Origin: Myxococcota bacterium | GTDB taxonomy: Bacteria > Myxococcota_A > SURF-8 | Assembly: GCA_965140415.1 (NCBI GenBank) | Contig: OZ223209.1 | Span: 3,200,001 to 3,264,000 of the forward strand | Length of the DNA: 64,000 nucleotides | Reading direction: 5' to 3' | Shown: positions 10,684 through 20,989 of the stretch, piece by piece | Layout of the letters: each line of letters starts with the position of its first letter | Position numbering within the stretch: the first letter of the stretch is position 1 | Made by a program: the position numbers and the translations under genes | The notes under the pieces: model-generated | Database searches by the model: none | What the model saw: the letters and a program-made list of their open reading frames with translations, nothing else | What the model was told of the DNA's origin: nothing

Positions 10684-11658
10684 TTAATACTCCGAACAGT
10701 CAATGGATTTTATGGGATTGAATTTATCCGTAATCTCCACGGCATCGAAGAAACCCTGCAAACGGTATCCGGGTTTTCCTTCGGGAGTCAGGCAGGTTTT
10801 TGCCAGACCAAAGGACTTCACGATTTCACCGAAGGAAATCCAGCCTTTTCCACATGCTCCCTTGCAGTACTGGTTTAGTTCATCTTCATCAAACGAAACA
10901 TCCGGATCTTCCGGCGGAACATCGCAGGTACCGGTAATCGCACACATACAAATATGGTTTCCATCATCGGCGGTGATGCAGCCTTCAAGCGTTCCATTGC
11001 TGATCGAAGTGCAATCTTCACTCAGTCCAGTTCTGATTTTCAGGTTACGAATGGGAATGTTGTTGCGTGGGCTGATATCCGGGGCACAAACCAGCGGTGC
11101 ATCTTTGGGACCGGAATGGAAGTACAGATTGCTGTCTTCCTCACTTTTGAATTGACATTGGTATCCATGGTAAGGTTTTAACGTGATGTCCGCGCTAAGA
11201 CCTTCCAGGATGCAATACGATTCGACTTCGCTTTCACTGGAAGCGCCTTCTTCTGGCTTCAAAGCGTAGGGCTCCTTGGGATCACGCCACCCGGGGCCAA
11301 CAGTAATTCCCAAATTATCAAAGGCCGAAGATGTTCCTTGAATCGCCTCCGTTACTTCAAATATAACGTTAAGCGTATTGTTTTTGACATCGCTTTCCCA
11401 CATGGAATTCAGCATTTGGGCAAATTCTTCGGGCTCATCGATTTCCATGCGAGTCAGGCGGAAAACGCGACCCTGTACGTCTGCCGCATCGCACTCGCAA
11501 AAGGTAGAGCATTCCCCCGTGTTTTCTGGAATGATGATATCCGGTGCTTCCGGTTCGTTTACTTCAACACATCCGCAAAAAAACAGAACCAGCGATACAG
11601 TGAGAGCACTCCAACTCCGCCACGAGGTCGTAGCAATCATGATTGGCCTCCTAAACAA
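10684..11658 (-). CDS. Cys-rich hypothetical lipoprotein
   Basis: Hydrophobic N-terminus ending FCGC (lipobox-like), many Cys residues, co-oriented with the FadL gene. Confidence 0.65.
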   Translation of the reverse strand: MFRRPIMIATTSWRSWSALTVSLVLFFCGCVEVNEPEAPDIIIPENTGECSTFCECDAADVQGRVFRLTRMEIDEPEEFAQMLNSMWESDVKNNTLNVIFEVTEAIQGTSSAFDNLGITVGPGWRDPKEPYALKPEEGASSESEVESYCILEGLSADITLKPYHGYQCQFKSEEDSNLYFHSGPKDAPLVCAPDISPRNNIPIRNLKIRTGLSEDCTSISNGTLEGCITADDGNHICMCAITGTCDVPPEDPDVSFDEDELNQYCKGACGKGWISFGEIVKSFGLAKTCLTPEGKPGYRLQGFFDAVEITDKFNPIKSIDCSEY

Positions 11659-11817
11659 ATAAATGAAAAACCGATTCGGGCGTTTCGAGCTCTCCCTTGA
11701 AAGCCAGCAAAACGCTTTTTGGTTTCACTCCATTGTTGTGTCCGCAATTTCGATGCTATTTAGCGATATACTTACGATGCTAGAAAGCTATCATATTTCT
11801 TCACACTTTGAAAAATG

Positions 11818-11845
11818 TTTTTTCACTTAGATTTTTTCACTTAGA
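11818..11845. repeat. Perfect 2x14-bp tandem repeat TTTTTTCACTTAGA
   Basis: Read directly at 11818-11831 and 11832-11845, upstream of the lipoprotein-FadL pair. Confidence 0.8.
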
Positions 11846-12178
11846 CTAAATTAGCAATGGTTTCAAACTTGAGATGACAACATGACAAATCCACAACACA
11901 GCGATATCGTTTGTGAATGCATTGAGTTTATTGGTCAGAGTCGATGTTTCAAATGCAAACTGCGTATATGAGTTTGACAGGTCAGAAATTAAGAGCCTTT
12001 GGATTTTGTCATCGAGGTGAAAACGAAGACAAGTTGAGTAAATCACAGATGTTGCGATAAGAGGAACCGACAGGTTTTCTAGGAGCAAAATTCAATCCCC
12101 TAAAGAAAGATGGCGCATTCCAATTGTATCGTACAAAAGAAATACGCCATCTTTGGGGAACTTAATAACGCCTATATT

Positions 12179-13807
12179 TTATTCGGGCGTATCACCATCT
12201 AGCAGAGTGTCACCATCTGCCGGAGTGTCACCATCTACCGGCGTATCACCATCTACCGGAGTGTCACCATCAACCGGCGTGTCGCCGTCCACCGGAGTGT
12301 CACCATCAACTGGCGTGTCTCCGTCTATCGGAGTGTCACCATCAACTGGCGTGTCTCCGTCTATCGGAGTATCACCATCAACGGGAGTATCACCATCAAC
12401 GGGAGTATCGCCGTCTACCGGGGTATCGCCATCTACTGTGGTGTCCCCATCGGGATTGCTGTTCGGAGTGCAACCGCCGGGGAAGTCAGGAAGGTTGTCA
12501 CCTTCGTAGTAATTTACAACGTCGAACGGAGGTTCCGACTTCTCAACCATGAAGTCTTTGGATGCGACCGAGCTTCTCAGGTAATAGTTAAAGAAAGCCG
12601 TCGCATAGTAGTTGATCGTCTGCTGTGCTTCCCGCCAGTCAGCATTTTCGGTGGGCGAGCAGCCATCGGTCAGTGCATTGGCAGCATCACCGAAGTCCAA
12701 CTTGTCCGCCAGCGTCATCAGATCCAACTGACACATATCCGAGAAGGTAAAGTGACCGCCGCGCTCCAATTCATACATGTATTTATCCGCACCGGCAAGC
12801 GATTGATAATCACAGTACATCTGGTACCAAGGCAACGTATTGTCCTCGGTGCCACCCATCATCAGCATCGGTGTCGGATACTCGTACAACTTGCAGCCTG
12901 CCATCAGAGAACCGGCACTGATCACCGGAGAATGGGGCACGATGGCTTTGATGCGATCGTCTTTGCAACCAACCGCCACGCTGGTCAGACCGCCAAGAGA
13001 ATGGCCACTCATACCAACGTTTTCGGGGTCCATTGAATTGTAGAAGAAATCGTCTTTGTCTTTGTTAAATGCAAAAAAGGTGTCGAGTAGGAAGGACATA
13101 TCCGCCATGCGTACAACCGCCGAAACCGCCACTTGGCTACTGGAATACCCGTCACGCAGCAATTCCACCAGAGTGTTGTTTTCATGGTCGCTGGAAATAA
13201 CGATATATCCGTGTGAAGCCAAAAACGGGGTGTAGAACGTCGATTGCCAGCGGATGCCGTTGGCACCGTGCGAGAACAGAATGACCGGATACGGTCCGTG
13301 AGAGCGGTCCATTTCTGCATCACGCACAGCAATCGTTTCCAACCCGGCGATATTCGCCTCGCGGATGATTTCATCCTTGCCCTGCATGTCGTAACCGACC
13401 ATCTCATCTTCCAACGTGTAGGTGTACCCTTCCGCGTCCTTGTACTCTTGCTTGGCGGGATACCAGATTTCGGTACGTAGATAGCGCGGGCGCTCCTTGA
13501 CCGCATCCGGGCGGGACTCATCCCAGAGTTCCAGGGTTTTTACACCAACCGGAAACGGTCCCAGTTCGCCGGGATTGGGAGTGGCAGTGGCACTGGCAGG
13601 CTCGAACGGAAGAATTTCCTTTACGATGTCTGCATCCTGCTCCGTATCGCCATCCGTCACGATATCGCCATCGGCAGTATCGCCATCGACTGGATCGTCA
13701 TCGTCACCGCAACCTGTAGCCAAGACAAACAGGCTGAGAATCAGCATGCAGACGAAAGCAAGTCGAGCATTATTCCACCTGAAGTTATTATCCGTTTCTC
13801 TCAACAT
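12179..13807 (-). CDS. Alpha/beta-hydrolase lipoprotein (PAF-acetylhydrolase/dienelactone-hydrolase-like) with acidic repeat tail
   Basis: Lipobox ATGC; LFSHG, GHSLGG (Ser), GGTED (Asp), GGHFTFSD (His). Confidence 0.85.
   Translation of the reverse strand: MLRETDNNFRWNNARLAFVCMLILSLFVLATGCGDDDDPVDGDTADGDIVTDGDTEQDADIVKEILPFEPASATATPNPGELGPFPVGVKTLELWDESRPDAVKERPRYLRTEIWYPAKQEYKDAEGYTYTLEDEMVGYDMQGKDEIIREANIAGLETIAVRDAEMDRSHGPYPVILFSHGANGIRWQSTFYTPFLASHGYIVISSDHENNTLVELLRDGYSSSQVAVSAVVRMADMSFLLDTFFAFNKDKDDFFYNSMDPENVGMSGHSLGGLTSVAVGCKDDRIKAIVPHSPVISAGSLMAGCKLYEYPTPMLMMGGTEDNTLPWYQMYCDYQSLAGADKYMYELERGGHFTFSDMCQLDLMTLADKLDFGDAANALTDGCSPTENADWREAQQTINYYATAFFNYYLRSSVASKDFMVEKSEPPFDVVNYYEGDNLPDFPGGCTPNSNPDGDTTVDGDTPVDGDTPVDGDTPVDGDTPIDGDTPVDGDTPIDGDTPVDGDTPVDGDTPVDGDTPVDGDTPVDGDTPADGDTLLDGDTPE
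12185..12454 (-). repeat. 15 x 18-bp coding tandem repeat encoding (V/I)DGDTP
   Basis: Visible in both DNA and protein; third codon positions vary between units. Confidence 0.95.
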
Positions 13808-13975
13808 ACCGGCACTCCTCTTACTAATGATTTCTTTTCGGTACTTTTAAGTTTTTTGTCGATTCTTTTGATGTTGGTCAGCCGTGGCATCATAGTATAG
13901 TGTATTATAGTGCGGCATGCAACGATGAAGGCAAGCAATTACACACTTTTCAGAAAACTTACGTTTTTTACTCTC

Positions 13976-14911
13976 TTATTCAGTTACGGTCTTCGAGGCG
14001 CCAGGCAAGCGGAAAATCACAAGCCACAGCAACACGGGAACAATTTGAACCAGAGTGAAGTGAATCAATGATGCATTAAAGGCCGCCGCCTGCTCGATTC
14101 CCAAGGCTCCCAGTAAAAACACCGCCGTCGATTCCCGGATTCCAATGCCGCTAAAAGCAATGGGAACGATTGTGCTTAGTGTCATAACCGGTAACGCCAG
14201 AATCGCCAAAATTTCCGCCCCAGGTGCAAAGCTCTTTAAAATGAGAAAGCCCTGGAAGTAGTAAACGGCAAAACTTGCAAATGAAAGCAACAGGTTAAGC
14301 AGAATCGGCTTTGCTTTCGTGTCGGATAGTCCCACCCAGACTTCTGCCAGCTTTGCCTTAACCCCCTCTGCCTGCGCTTTCGATTTGGTAGTAAAGCGAC
14401 CAAGAAAACATAAGGAAATCCAACCACATGGCACTCCTGCCAAGAGTAGCCAGCCCAGCCATTGCAGGTGAACGTCCTCAAGTACGAGCAGGCCGATGCC
14501 GGAAAGCAGCCCAACAGCAGACAAGTCGATCAGCTTGTCTACAATCACTTTGCCTGTCAGGCGAGCTTTGTTTACATTCGTCAAAAACATTGCCCGCGCC
14601 GCTTCCCCCGCCTGCCCAGGGGTAATCGTTGCCAGAACCACCCCATACATGTAGCTTCGAATCGCCTGCCACAATGAAACGGGAGTGACGATATTTGCCA
14701 GGTTGTGCCATTTGGCAATTTTAAAGGACTGCACAACGGGAGTTAACAAGAAACCGAGTAAACATAACCATCCATCGGCATGTCTTATCGATTCAATAAT
14801 GCGCATCGGTTCAACAATTAGAATCAGAAATACAAGCAGGCATATGCTTAAGAGCGCCATTACAACGCTTCTGGTATACTTACCTTTGAAAGGATGGATT
14901 GTTTCTGGCAA
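13976..14911 (-). CDS. Lysylphosphatidylglycerol synthase TM/flippase-like (YbhN/AglD2-type) membrane protein
   Basis: TPGQAGEAAR, DKLID, PIAFSGIGIRE; multiple TM helices. Confidence 0.85.
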   Translation of the reverse strand: MPETIHPFKGKYTRSVVMALLSICLLVFLILIVEPMRIIESIRHADGWLCLLGFLLTPVVQSFKIAKWHNLANIVTPVSLWQAIRSYMYGVVLATITPGQAGEAARAMFLTNVNKARLTGKVIVDKLIDLSAVGLLSGIGLLVLEDVHLQWLGWLLLAGVPCGWISLCFLGRFTTKSKAQAEGVKAKLAEVWVGLSDTKAKPILLNLLLSFASFAVYYFQGFLILKSFAPGAEILAILALPVMTLSTIVPIAFSGIGIRESTAVFLLGALGIEQAAAFNASLIHFTLVQIVPVLLWLVIFRLPGASKTVTE

Positions 14912-14952
14912 CGGGTGATCCTGTGTTCTGCTTAATTTTCTCTGCTACTCTG

Positions 14953-15951
14953 TCAATGGTCTGCGGTTATGGATTCATCGTCATACGAAAAGCGTTCCCC
15001 ATAATACCGTCTTAGAAAGTTCTGCAATTCGATAAAAGCTTTATCTCGGCTCCTTGACATTGTCATGTTTGTGAAATTGAAATAAAGAGTTGAAGGTGAA
15101 AAGGAGAAACCGGAATTATGTACCAGGTAAATGGTTATAATATCATTATTTCCAACCTGTCTGGAAGGCAGTACTTCCTCTTGCAAGTCGGTGGTCGATA
15201 GGATCTCGATAACATAATTTCTCTTTTTCAAAGTAAACGAAAGAAGTTTCGGGGACGTAAACTCATAGTTCGTTCGCCACTCCCGCTTCAGAACGATTTT
15301 AGAAAAACGATGTAAAATGAGTTCGATCCTCTCATCGACATCTTCCGGATTCAATTTCTTAAGAACATCCGCCGTTTCCTTAACGATCTTTGCTGGATGC
15401 CCCTCGATCACTTTCCCGGAGGGAACGTCTTTCTTGATAACGGTCATTGAGTTGGCTAGTACGTCATCTCCGATCGTTACTCCAGGATGGACAAACACAC
15501 CGGCTGGAAGCCAAACTCGACTTCCAATTCGGATGGCCCCGAATTTGGCAGGGTATCCTTTTGTGTAATTCAGAAAAGAGCCATGTGTGAAGAGCATCGA
15601 GCGCGGACCGATGCCGGAATAATCCCCAATAATAACCTCATCATCGACATTGATGATGCATTGTGGTCCGATATAACAATGCTTGCCTACTTTAAGGCCG
15701 AATGCGCCATAGACAAGACAAAAGTTGCTGATTGCAGAATAAGCTTCGAATTCGACGGTTCCTGAACATCGAATCAGCGTAAATGCTCGTATTTCGGCAT
15801 ATTTTCCGAGAAATATTTTGTCTCCGATAACGGAACTGAACCAACCAATACGGACCCCCCGTTCGATATCTGCACCAGCAAATAGGCGTAGCACATGGGT
15901 TTTCAAGAATGGAGGTAAAAGGAAAACGATGGCGAACAGGATCATCCTCAT
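14953..15951 (-). CDS. Left-handed beta-helix (hexapeptide) acyltransferase with C-terminal extension
   Basis: Hexapeptide repeats, FTHG, IGSRVW, GVTIGD, GHPAK; ATGA overlap with the upstream gene. Confidence 0.85.
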   Translation of the reverse strand: MRMILFAIVFLLPPFLKTHVLRLFAGADIERGVRIGWFSSVIGDKIFLGKYAEIRAFTLIRCSGTVEFEAYSAISNFCLVYGAFGLKVGKHCYIGPQCIINVDDEVIIGDYSGIGPRSMLFTHGSFLNYTKGYPAKFGAIRIGSRVWLPAGVFVHPGVTIGDDVLANSMTVIKKDVPSGKVIEGHPAKIVKETADVLKKLNPEDVDERIELILHRFSKIVLKREWRTNYEFTSPKLLSFTLKKRNYVIEILSTTDLQEEVLPSRQVGNNDIITIYLVHNSGFSFSPSTLYFNFTNMTMSRSRDKAFIELQNFLRRYYGERFSYDDESITADH

Positions 15952-17447
15952 GACGTTTCTCTTCCTTTGTCCAAGCCACAACTTTCCGATAGAAGACGCC
16001 GATATCGGTTTTTCCAGTGTGCGGCGATTGCCGCAGGAGAAGCCGTTGAGAATTCATCATTACCGGAGATGTAGTCCAAAAGAAACTCATAGCTGTCGCG
16101 CCAACCGGGAAATAGTTGGCTATCGAAAACATAATTGTGAATTACCGACATAAAGCAGCCACCTTGATGAAGGATGGTTTGCGCCAGCGACTTCAGAATT
16201 TCATGTTTCTCTCCGGTGTTGAAGGATTTGTAACCGAACAGGTGATCATCCATCCAGGCTGTAGGGATTTCAACCAAAGAGAGCTCACGCCTTTCTGAGC
16301 GATTATAGGGAAAGAATGGCGTACTCAGAGAACGGCGAAATCCGACATGATTGGCCATGCCTAACGAGGCATCGTAATGCATGCCGAGTTTCTCATGCCA
16401 TAAAAGTGTGTCTTCTGGGCTTTCCTTTGAAAATCTCCAGTAGTGGTGACGACCACCTTTAATGGGGACTTTTGCGTAGTTTTCAAGGCGTTCCTTTTGT
16501 TTTTTTAGCTCATCAAAGGAGTCGCTAGTGCGATATCCGGCGTGCAAACCGATTTCTGCATCGGAATTTCGAAGCTTTTCAAAGAGAGTTGCAAAACGAT
16601 CTTGAGAAATATCGTAAAAAGGATCAGGGAGACCCTGTGCATATTTCATTAACGATCCTGAACCTGCAAAAAAATAAAACGCCGAGTGAACACCGTACTT
16701 CGCTTCCAGCTCACACCAATCGTCAAAATGCCAGTGGTGCCGTTTTCCGGTCAGAAGATCAAGTGAACTCTTGAACGAACTCAAACCGTTGCGGCGCATA
16801 GCCCGTAATGGTTCAAGCCAGCGAACGACGACTGGATAATCGACATCATGGCTGTAACAGGCAACCGCCTTCTTTTTATCGGGCCATTTTTCTTCTGCAA
16901 CGGGAAAGCCGATGGCGGAAAGATTCGTGTGTAACCAATTGATAATCTCAGATCCCAGAGCTTCACGTATGTGATTGGGAGTCAGTTTGTCCGAATCGGA
17001 GGGAATCGGGCGTCCATGAGTATCTTTGATCCAAGATGATTCGGAAAGGTCTGTAACAAGCCAAAACAGATCGAAGACCAAGTCATGACCAACAGTCAGG
17101 GAATCCCCATTGGAATGGGTATCCGCATTCAATTCAAAAGTCTCCTTTTCCCCTGAAAAAGTCAATATGGGGAGATTGTGCGCTCGACCGATTCCTTCAA
17201 GTCGAAGAGAGTTGGCGTTTTTCCATTTTTTCGTGTCGGCGTATATCGTGCATCGGCATGCGGATGCTTTATTGGATTGGGAGGTGAACGCAATATCGCA
17301 GGGTTTTCCAAAGGGAACCTCGATCCAACACCAGCCGATCGTGCCTAAAATCTGTCTCCATGTCCAGTGGACTTCCGGTCCGTAATTTTCCTCTATCAAC
17401 GGATCGATGCTGATCGTGATTTTGGGATTCGACATGAGATTCGTCAT
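15948..17447 (-). CDS. Polysaccharide deacetylase-like protein (CE4-like)
   Basis: SHDVD, EIGLH, GGRHHYWR, YDASLG, GFRR..PF, EIPTAWMD. Confidence 0.8.
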   Translation of the reverse strand: MTNLMSNPKITISIDPLIEENYGPEVHWTWRQILGTIGWCWIEVPFGKPCDIAFTSQSNKASACRCTIYADTKKWKNANSLRLEGIGRAHNLPILTFSGEKETFELNADTHSNGDSLTVGHDLVFDLFWLVTDLSESSWIKDTHGRPIPSDSDKLTPNHIREALGSEIINWLHTNLSAIGFPVAEEKWPDKKKAVACYSHDVDYPVVVRWLEPLRAMRRNGLSSFKSSLDLLTGKRHHWHFDDWCELEAKYGVHSAFYFFAGSGSLMKYAQGLPDPFYDISQDRFATLFEKLRNSDAEIGLHAGYRTSDSFDELKKQKERLENYAKVPIKGGRHHYWRFSKESPEDTLLWHEKLGMHYDASLGMANHVGFRRSLSTPFFPYNRSERRELSLVEIPTAWMDDHLFGYKSFNTGEKHEILKSLAQTILHQGGCFMSVIHNYVFDSQLFPGWRDSYEFLLDYISGNDEFSTASPAAIAAHWKNRYRRLLSESCGLDKGRETS

Positions 17448-17705
17448 TCCATACTTTCCAAACTATTGGCCAGTAAAGAAGTTGCGTGATTTGAACTGTC
17501 CCTGCTGGGATCTTACGTTAGATACACGCATTTGATACCGCACTTTCAAAAACAAAGCAAGATTGAGCCGAATAACTCTGACCACGTCTAAAGGATATGG
17601 AATTTGCCTCGCATTGAACGAAAATCAAACGACGCAATCAGAAGCGCACTTACCAACACCATCTGGATATTCTTGGTATTCCATGCCTTTTTAGAAGTCA
17701 CGGGT

Positions 17706-19514
17706 TCATTCAACGGACGCCCCTTTTCCTTTGCTGGTTTCTTCAAGTAACCGCTCGATATCCTCCTTTGGCATTGGATAGCCTTTTCCATCGTATCGTT
17801 TCACCAATGCATTATAGAGATTCAGAGCTTGTTCCTTTTCCCCCGCCACATCCATGAACCTGGCATCTTGCAATGAAATCATATAGCTGGAGCGCCACTC
17901 GGTTTCCATTCCTTTACGGTAGGCATCCACCGCTTGCTGCTGTTTGCCTTGCCTGAGCAGCATTACTGCAAGATTTTTCCAGATCTCCGGGCATTGATCC
18001 TGTTTTGCAGCTTCCTCCGTTAAGAATCGACGCGCCAAGTCCTGGTGTTTTCCACCAAGCTCAAATTCGAGAACCGCTTTCTGCGAAATAATTCGAGGAT
18101 CGTGCGGATTGAGTTCATAGGCTTTATTGGCTACCTGCAATGCTTGCTTGCGGTCGCCTTTTTTCATGTATTCCTGCGCCAGATACATCGCAGCCAGATG
18201 ATGATCCGGCCAGGTGTTCAGGGTGTACTCGAACAGAGTGGTGCTGTTTTTCCAATGGCTGACTTGAAACAGAGACAGCATCAGCCAAAGCAGCAGAACA
18301 AAGGATCCAAAAGCGGCAATCGCTTTGCGCTTGAAATCTGTTTGGGCAGAATTAAATACCTGAACTCCTCCCGCTCCGATGAGAATACAAATACCCAGTA
18401 CGGAAAGAAACAGATAGCGATCCGCCCAGTGGATTGCATTCGGCAACAAACCGACGCCGGGAATCAAACAGGCAAAAAACCACAGTATCGGAAAAGACCA
18501 GGCTCGCTTTTTCAACCATAGAACCACAGCTACAACCAGCAAGATAAAAACCAGGAGTAAATCCAGCCACAACCCGCGATCCAGTAACGTTATCTTGAGA
18601 TCGTACAGGTACTGCACTGTCAAGGGGTGAGGCCAGATTGTCAGTTCCAAATAACGGGCGAAACTTTGGCCAACCAGGTACATTCGATTCGGCAGGCTTG
18701 CTTGAAAGGAATCGCCTTCAACCGCCTTAGAAATGCTGCTCATTGCCAGAGAGTTTTGCAGGCTGATGCGAATAAACCAGAGATTGAAGAAAACAAAAGG
18801 AAGATACATCAACCCGCGAGCGATCACACGCTTGGCAGAAAGAGAACGGAGTAATACCAGATCGATCACGAGCATCGCCGCCGGAAAGACGATCGCAAAC
18901 GCTTTGGAGAGACATGCAGCGGTAAAGCAGAAAAAAGCTCCTGCCAAAGCTGCGCTTTTTCTAGATCTTTCGGCATGGTAGGTGAAAAGGTAGAGCCACA
19001 ATCCCGCAAAAAAGAAGGTGCCCATCAGGACTTCTTTTCTGCCGGAGAGCCAGACGACCCCTTCTACATGAATGGGGTGTAAAAGGAATGCAGCCGTGCT
19101 GATCAGGGCTGCGATTCCGGCAAGATCTTTTCCACCACGTTCCGAATTCCAATCCGGCCACAGACGCGCGTACAATTTCCGTAAAAACAGAAAACAGAAC
19201 CAACCTGTCAACATGTATAGGAGCAAATTGACAAGGCGTATGTAGAACGGGTCGGCACCGTGCAATTTGAAATCAACCGCATAGCTGATCCAGCGAAGCG
19301 GAGTATAAGCGAGCATCGCACCGGGAGTGAAGAAAACGCCGATCCGTTCCCAGCTAAGCTGCTTTAACGGTTCGTTATGATAGATGATTTTCGGGTCGTC
19401 GTAACTGATCGATTCGAACGGCAGAGAACTGGCATAAACCAACAGTACAAGCAACACAATCGCCATTGCAGAAAAGAGCAGAAATGTTTTGGACGTAAAC
19501 CCGCGACCCGTCAT
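17706..19514 (-). CDS. TMTC-like GT-C protein glycosyltransferase with TPR tail
   Basis: YDD, YTPL, LHPIHVEGVVWLSGRKE, CLSK, ADRYLF, WKNSTTLF, then TPR-like repeats. Confidence 0.8.
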   Translation of the reverse strand: MTGRGFTSKTFLLFSAMAIVLLVLLVYASSLPFESISYDDPKIIYHNEPLKQLSWERIGVFFTPGAMLAYTPLRWISYAVDFKLHGADPFYIRLVNLLLYMLTGWFCFLFLRKLYARLWPDWNSERGGKDLAGIAALISTAAFLLHPIHVEGVVWLSGRKEVLMGTFFFAGLWLYLFTYHAERSRKSAALAGAFFCFTAACLSKAFAIVFPAAMLVIDLVLLRSLSAKRVIARGLMYLPFVFFNLWFIRISLQNSLAMSSISKAVEGDSFQASLPNRMYLVGQSFARYLELTIWPHPLTVQYLYDLKITLLDRGLWLDLLLVFILLVVAVVLWLKKRAWSFPILWFFACLIPGVGLLPNAIHWADRYLFLSVLGICILIGAGGVQVFNSAQTDFKRKAIAAFGSFVLLLWLMLSLFQVSHWKNSTTLFEYTLNTWPDHHLAAMYLAQEYMKKGDRKQALQVANKAYELNPHDPRIISQKAVLEFELGGKHQDLARRFLTEEAAKQDQCPEIWKNLAVMLLRQGKQQQAVDAYRKGMETEWRSSYMISLQDARFMDVAGEKEQALNLYNALVKRYDGKGYPMPKEDIERLLEETSKGKGASVE

Positions 19515-19571
19515 CCACTCCTCACTTGCTACGATTCGTGGTGGCGGTACAATTGAATGCTTTAACGTGCT

Positions 19572-20168
19572 TCATCGTGCTTTCCAATAGCGGTCCAGAA
19601 ATGCGATCACTTTCTTTTCTGGCCGTCCGCTCCGCTCAGAAAAAGAGCCAACAACATGAACGCCACGCGTCAATCCCTCTGCAAGCGAACGTCGTTTTGT
19701 GGCTTGATCGGAGCAAAATAGCAGTTGCGAGACGTGATCGATCATTCTGCGGTTACTTTGTCCAATCGATATTGATTTCTGCAAATCGTTGCCAACAACA
19801 AGATGAGCCACGGGAATATGTAACTTTGCCGCCGCAAGAGCGGCAGCCAAAGCGGCATTTGTGTTTCCACGCACTAAAACGCCAACCGGTCGATGCTTTT
19901 GTAGTTCACGTTCGAATGCAATTAGTAATTTCCCGGACATCTTCCCGAATGGATCTCCATCGAGAGCTATAAGGCCATTGGATTTTGAAACTGACCGTGT
20001 TGAACCGCTCGCATAGCCAACAGAAAGTACATGTAGATGAATCGGTGCCCTCCCCTGCTTGTTGTGCGCAAGAATCTCCGAACAGATCGCATCACGGATA
20101 CCATCGGAGTCTGCATCAAACACCAGCAGGATCGTTCGTTTTTTTGACTTTTGCATGTGCGCAACCAA
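19572..20168 (-). CDS. Truncated, degenerate UDP-GlcNAc 2-epimerase-like protein (N-terminal domain only)
   Basis: VLVRGNTNAALAAALAAAKLHIPVAH and NRRMIDHVSQLLF match WecB, but the ORF is only 198 aa. Confidence 0.7.
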   Translation of the reverse strand: MVAHMQKSKKRTILLVFDADSDGIRDAICSEILAHNKQGRAPIHLHVLSVGYASGSTRSVSKSNGLIALDGDPFGKMSGKLLIAFERELQKHRPVGVLVRGNTNAALAAALAAAKLHIPVAHLVVGNDLQKSISIGQSNRRMIDHVSQLLFCSDQATKRRSLAEGLTRGVHVVGSFSERSGRPEKKVIAFLDRYWKAR

Positions 20169-20356
20169 CTCAATTCACACGTGTTTCAGTAAATCCATGA
20201 AAGTGATTACAGTATGCCACAGGATACGAGTCGGCGTCCAATTTTTCTACATTTCAATTTTGGCAGAAAAACTGTGAAGAATTAACGAACGCTCTTGTTG
20301 GGTTTAACTTCAAATCAAAGCGAAGAGGTTGTGATCGACGAAAAGGTGATGAAAAA

Positions 20357-20989
20357 TCACGCTTGTATGTGACGCTTCCAGATGTCCATCAACTCTTCGA
20401 TTGCACGTTCGGGATCGGATGCCTGGTTTACGGCCCGCACCACAGCGAAATTGACAGCACCATGCTGCAACACGGTGGCCAGATTTTCCTTGTTGATACC
20501 ACCGATTGCCACAGGTACCAATGGCGTCGCTTCGATAATCCGCTGCATCTGTTCCAGCCCCACCGTTGGGTCCGCGATCTCTTTTGTCGGCGTGGAATAA
20601 ACAGGTCCAACGCCGATGATATCCGGCGCTAACAATCGCGCCTGCTTTTCCTGTTCGGGATTATGAGTGGATAATCCGAAACGTTTTCCGGCAATCGGCC
20701 AAAGTGCCCGGGCTTCGGGCAGGGGCATATCTCCCTGACCCAGGTGAACACCATCCGCATCCACCGCCCGGGCGATTTCTACCGAGTCGTTGACGATAAA
20801 CAGCGTATCCGATCCTTTTGTAATCTCGCGCAGCTTCGTGGCGTTTTGTAGCACCTCGTCTTCCGGAGCGTGTTTCATGCGTAGTTGCAGATAACGCACC
20901 TTGCATTGCACCGCCGCCTCCGCAAGTCGCTCGTATCCCAACAGCGGGTTGGTCAGAATCAGATACAGCCCGAATCGTCGATCATCCAT
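20357..20989 (-). CDS. thiE: Thiamine-phosphate synthase
   Basis: [39 protein letters not shown]. Confidence 0.95.
   Translation of the reverse strand: MDDRRFGLYLILTNPLLGYERLAEAAVQCKVRYLQLRMKHAPEDEVLQNATKLREITKGSDTLFIVNDSVEIARAVDADGVHLGQGDMPLPEARALWPIAGKRFGLSTHNPEQEKQARLLAPDIIGVGPVYSTPTKEIADPTVGLEQMQRIIEATPLVPVAIGGINKENLATVLQHGAVNFAVVRAVNQASDPERAIEELMDIWKRHIQA

Noticed and set aside
12153-12509. ORF of GVSPST repeats; possible CRISPR-like array
   Set aside because: Reverse complement of the DGDTP coding repeat; the units are contiguous with no unique spacers
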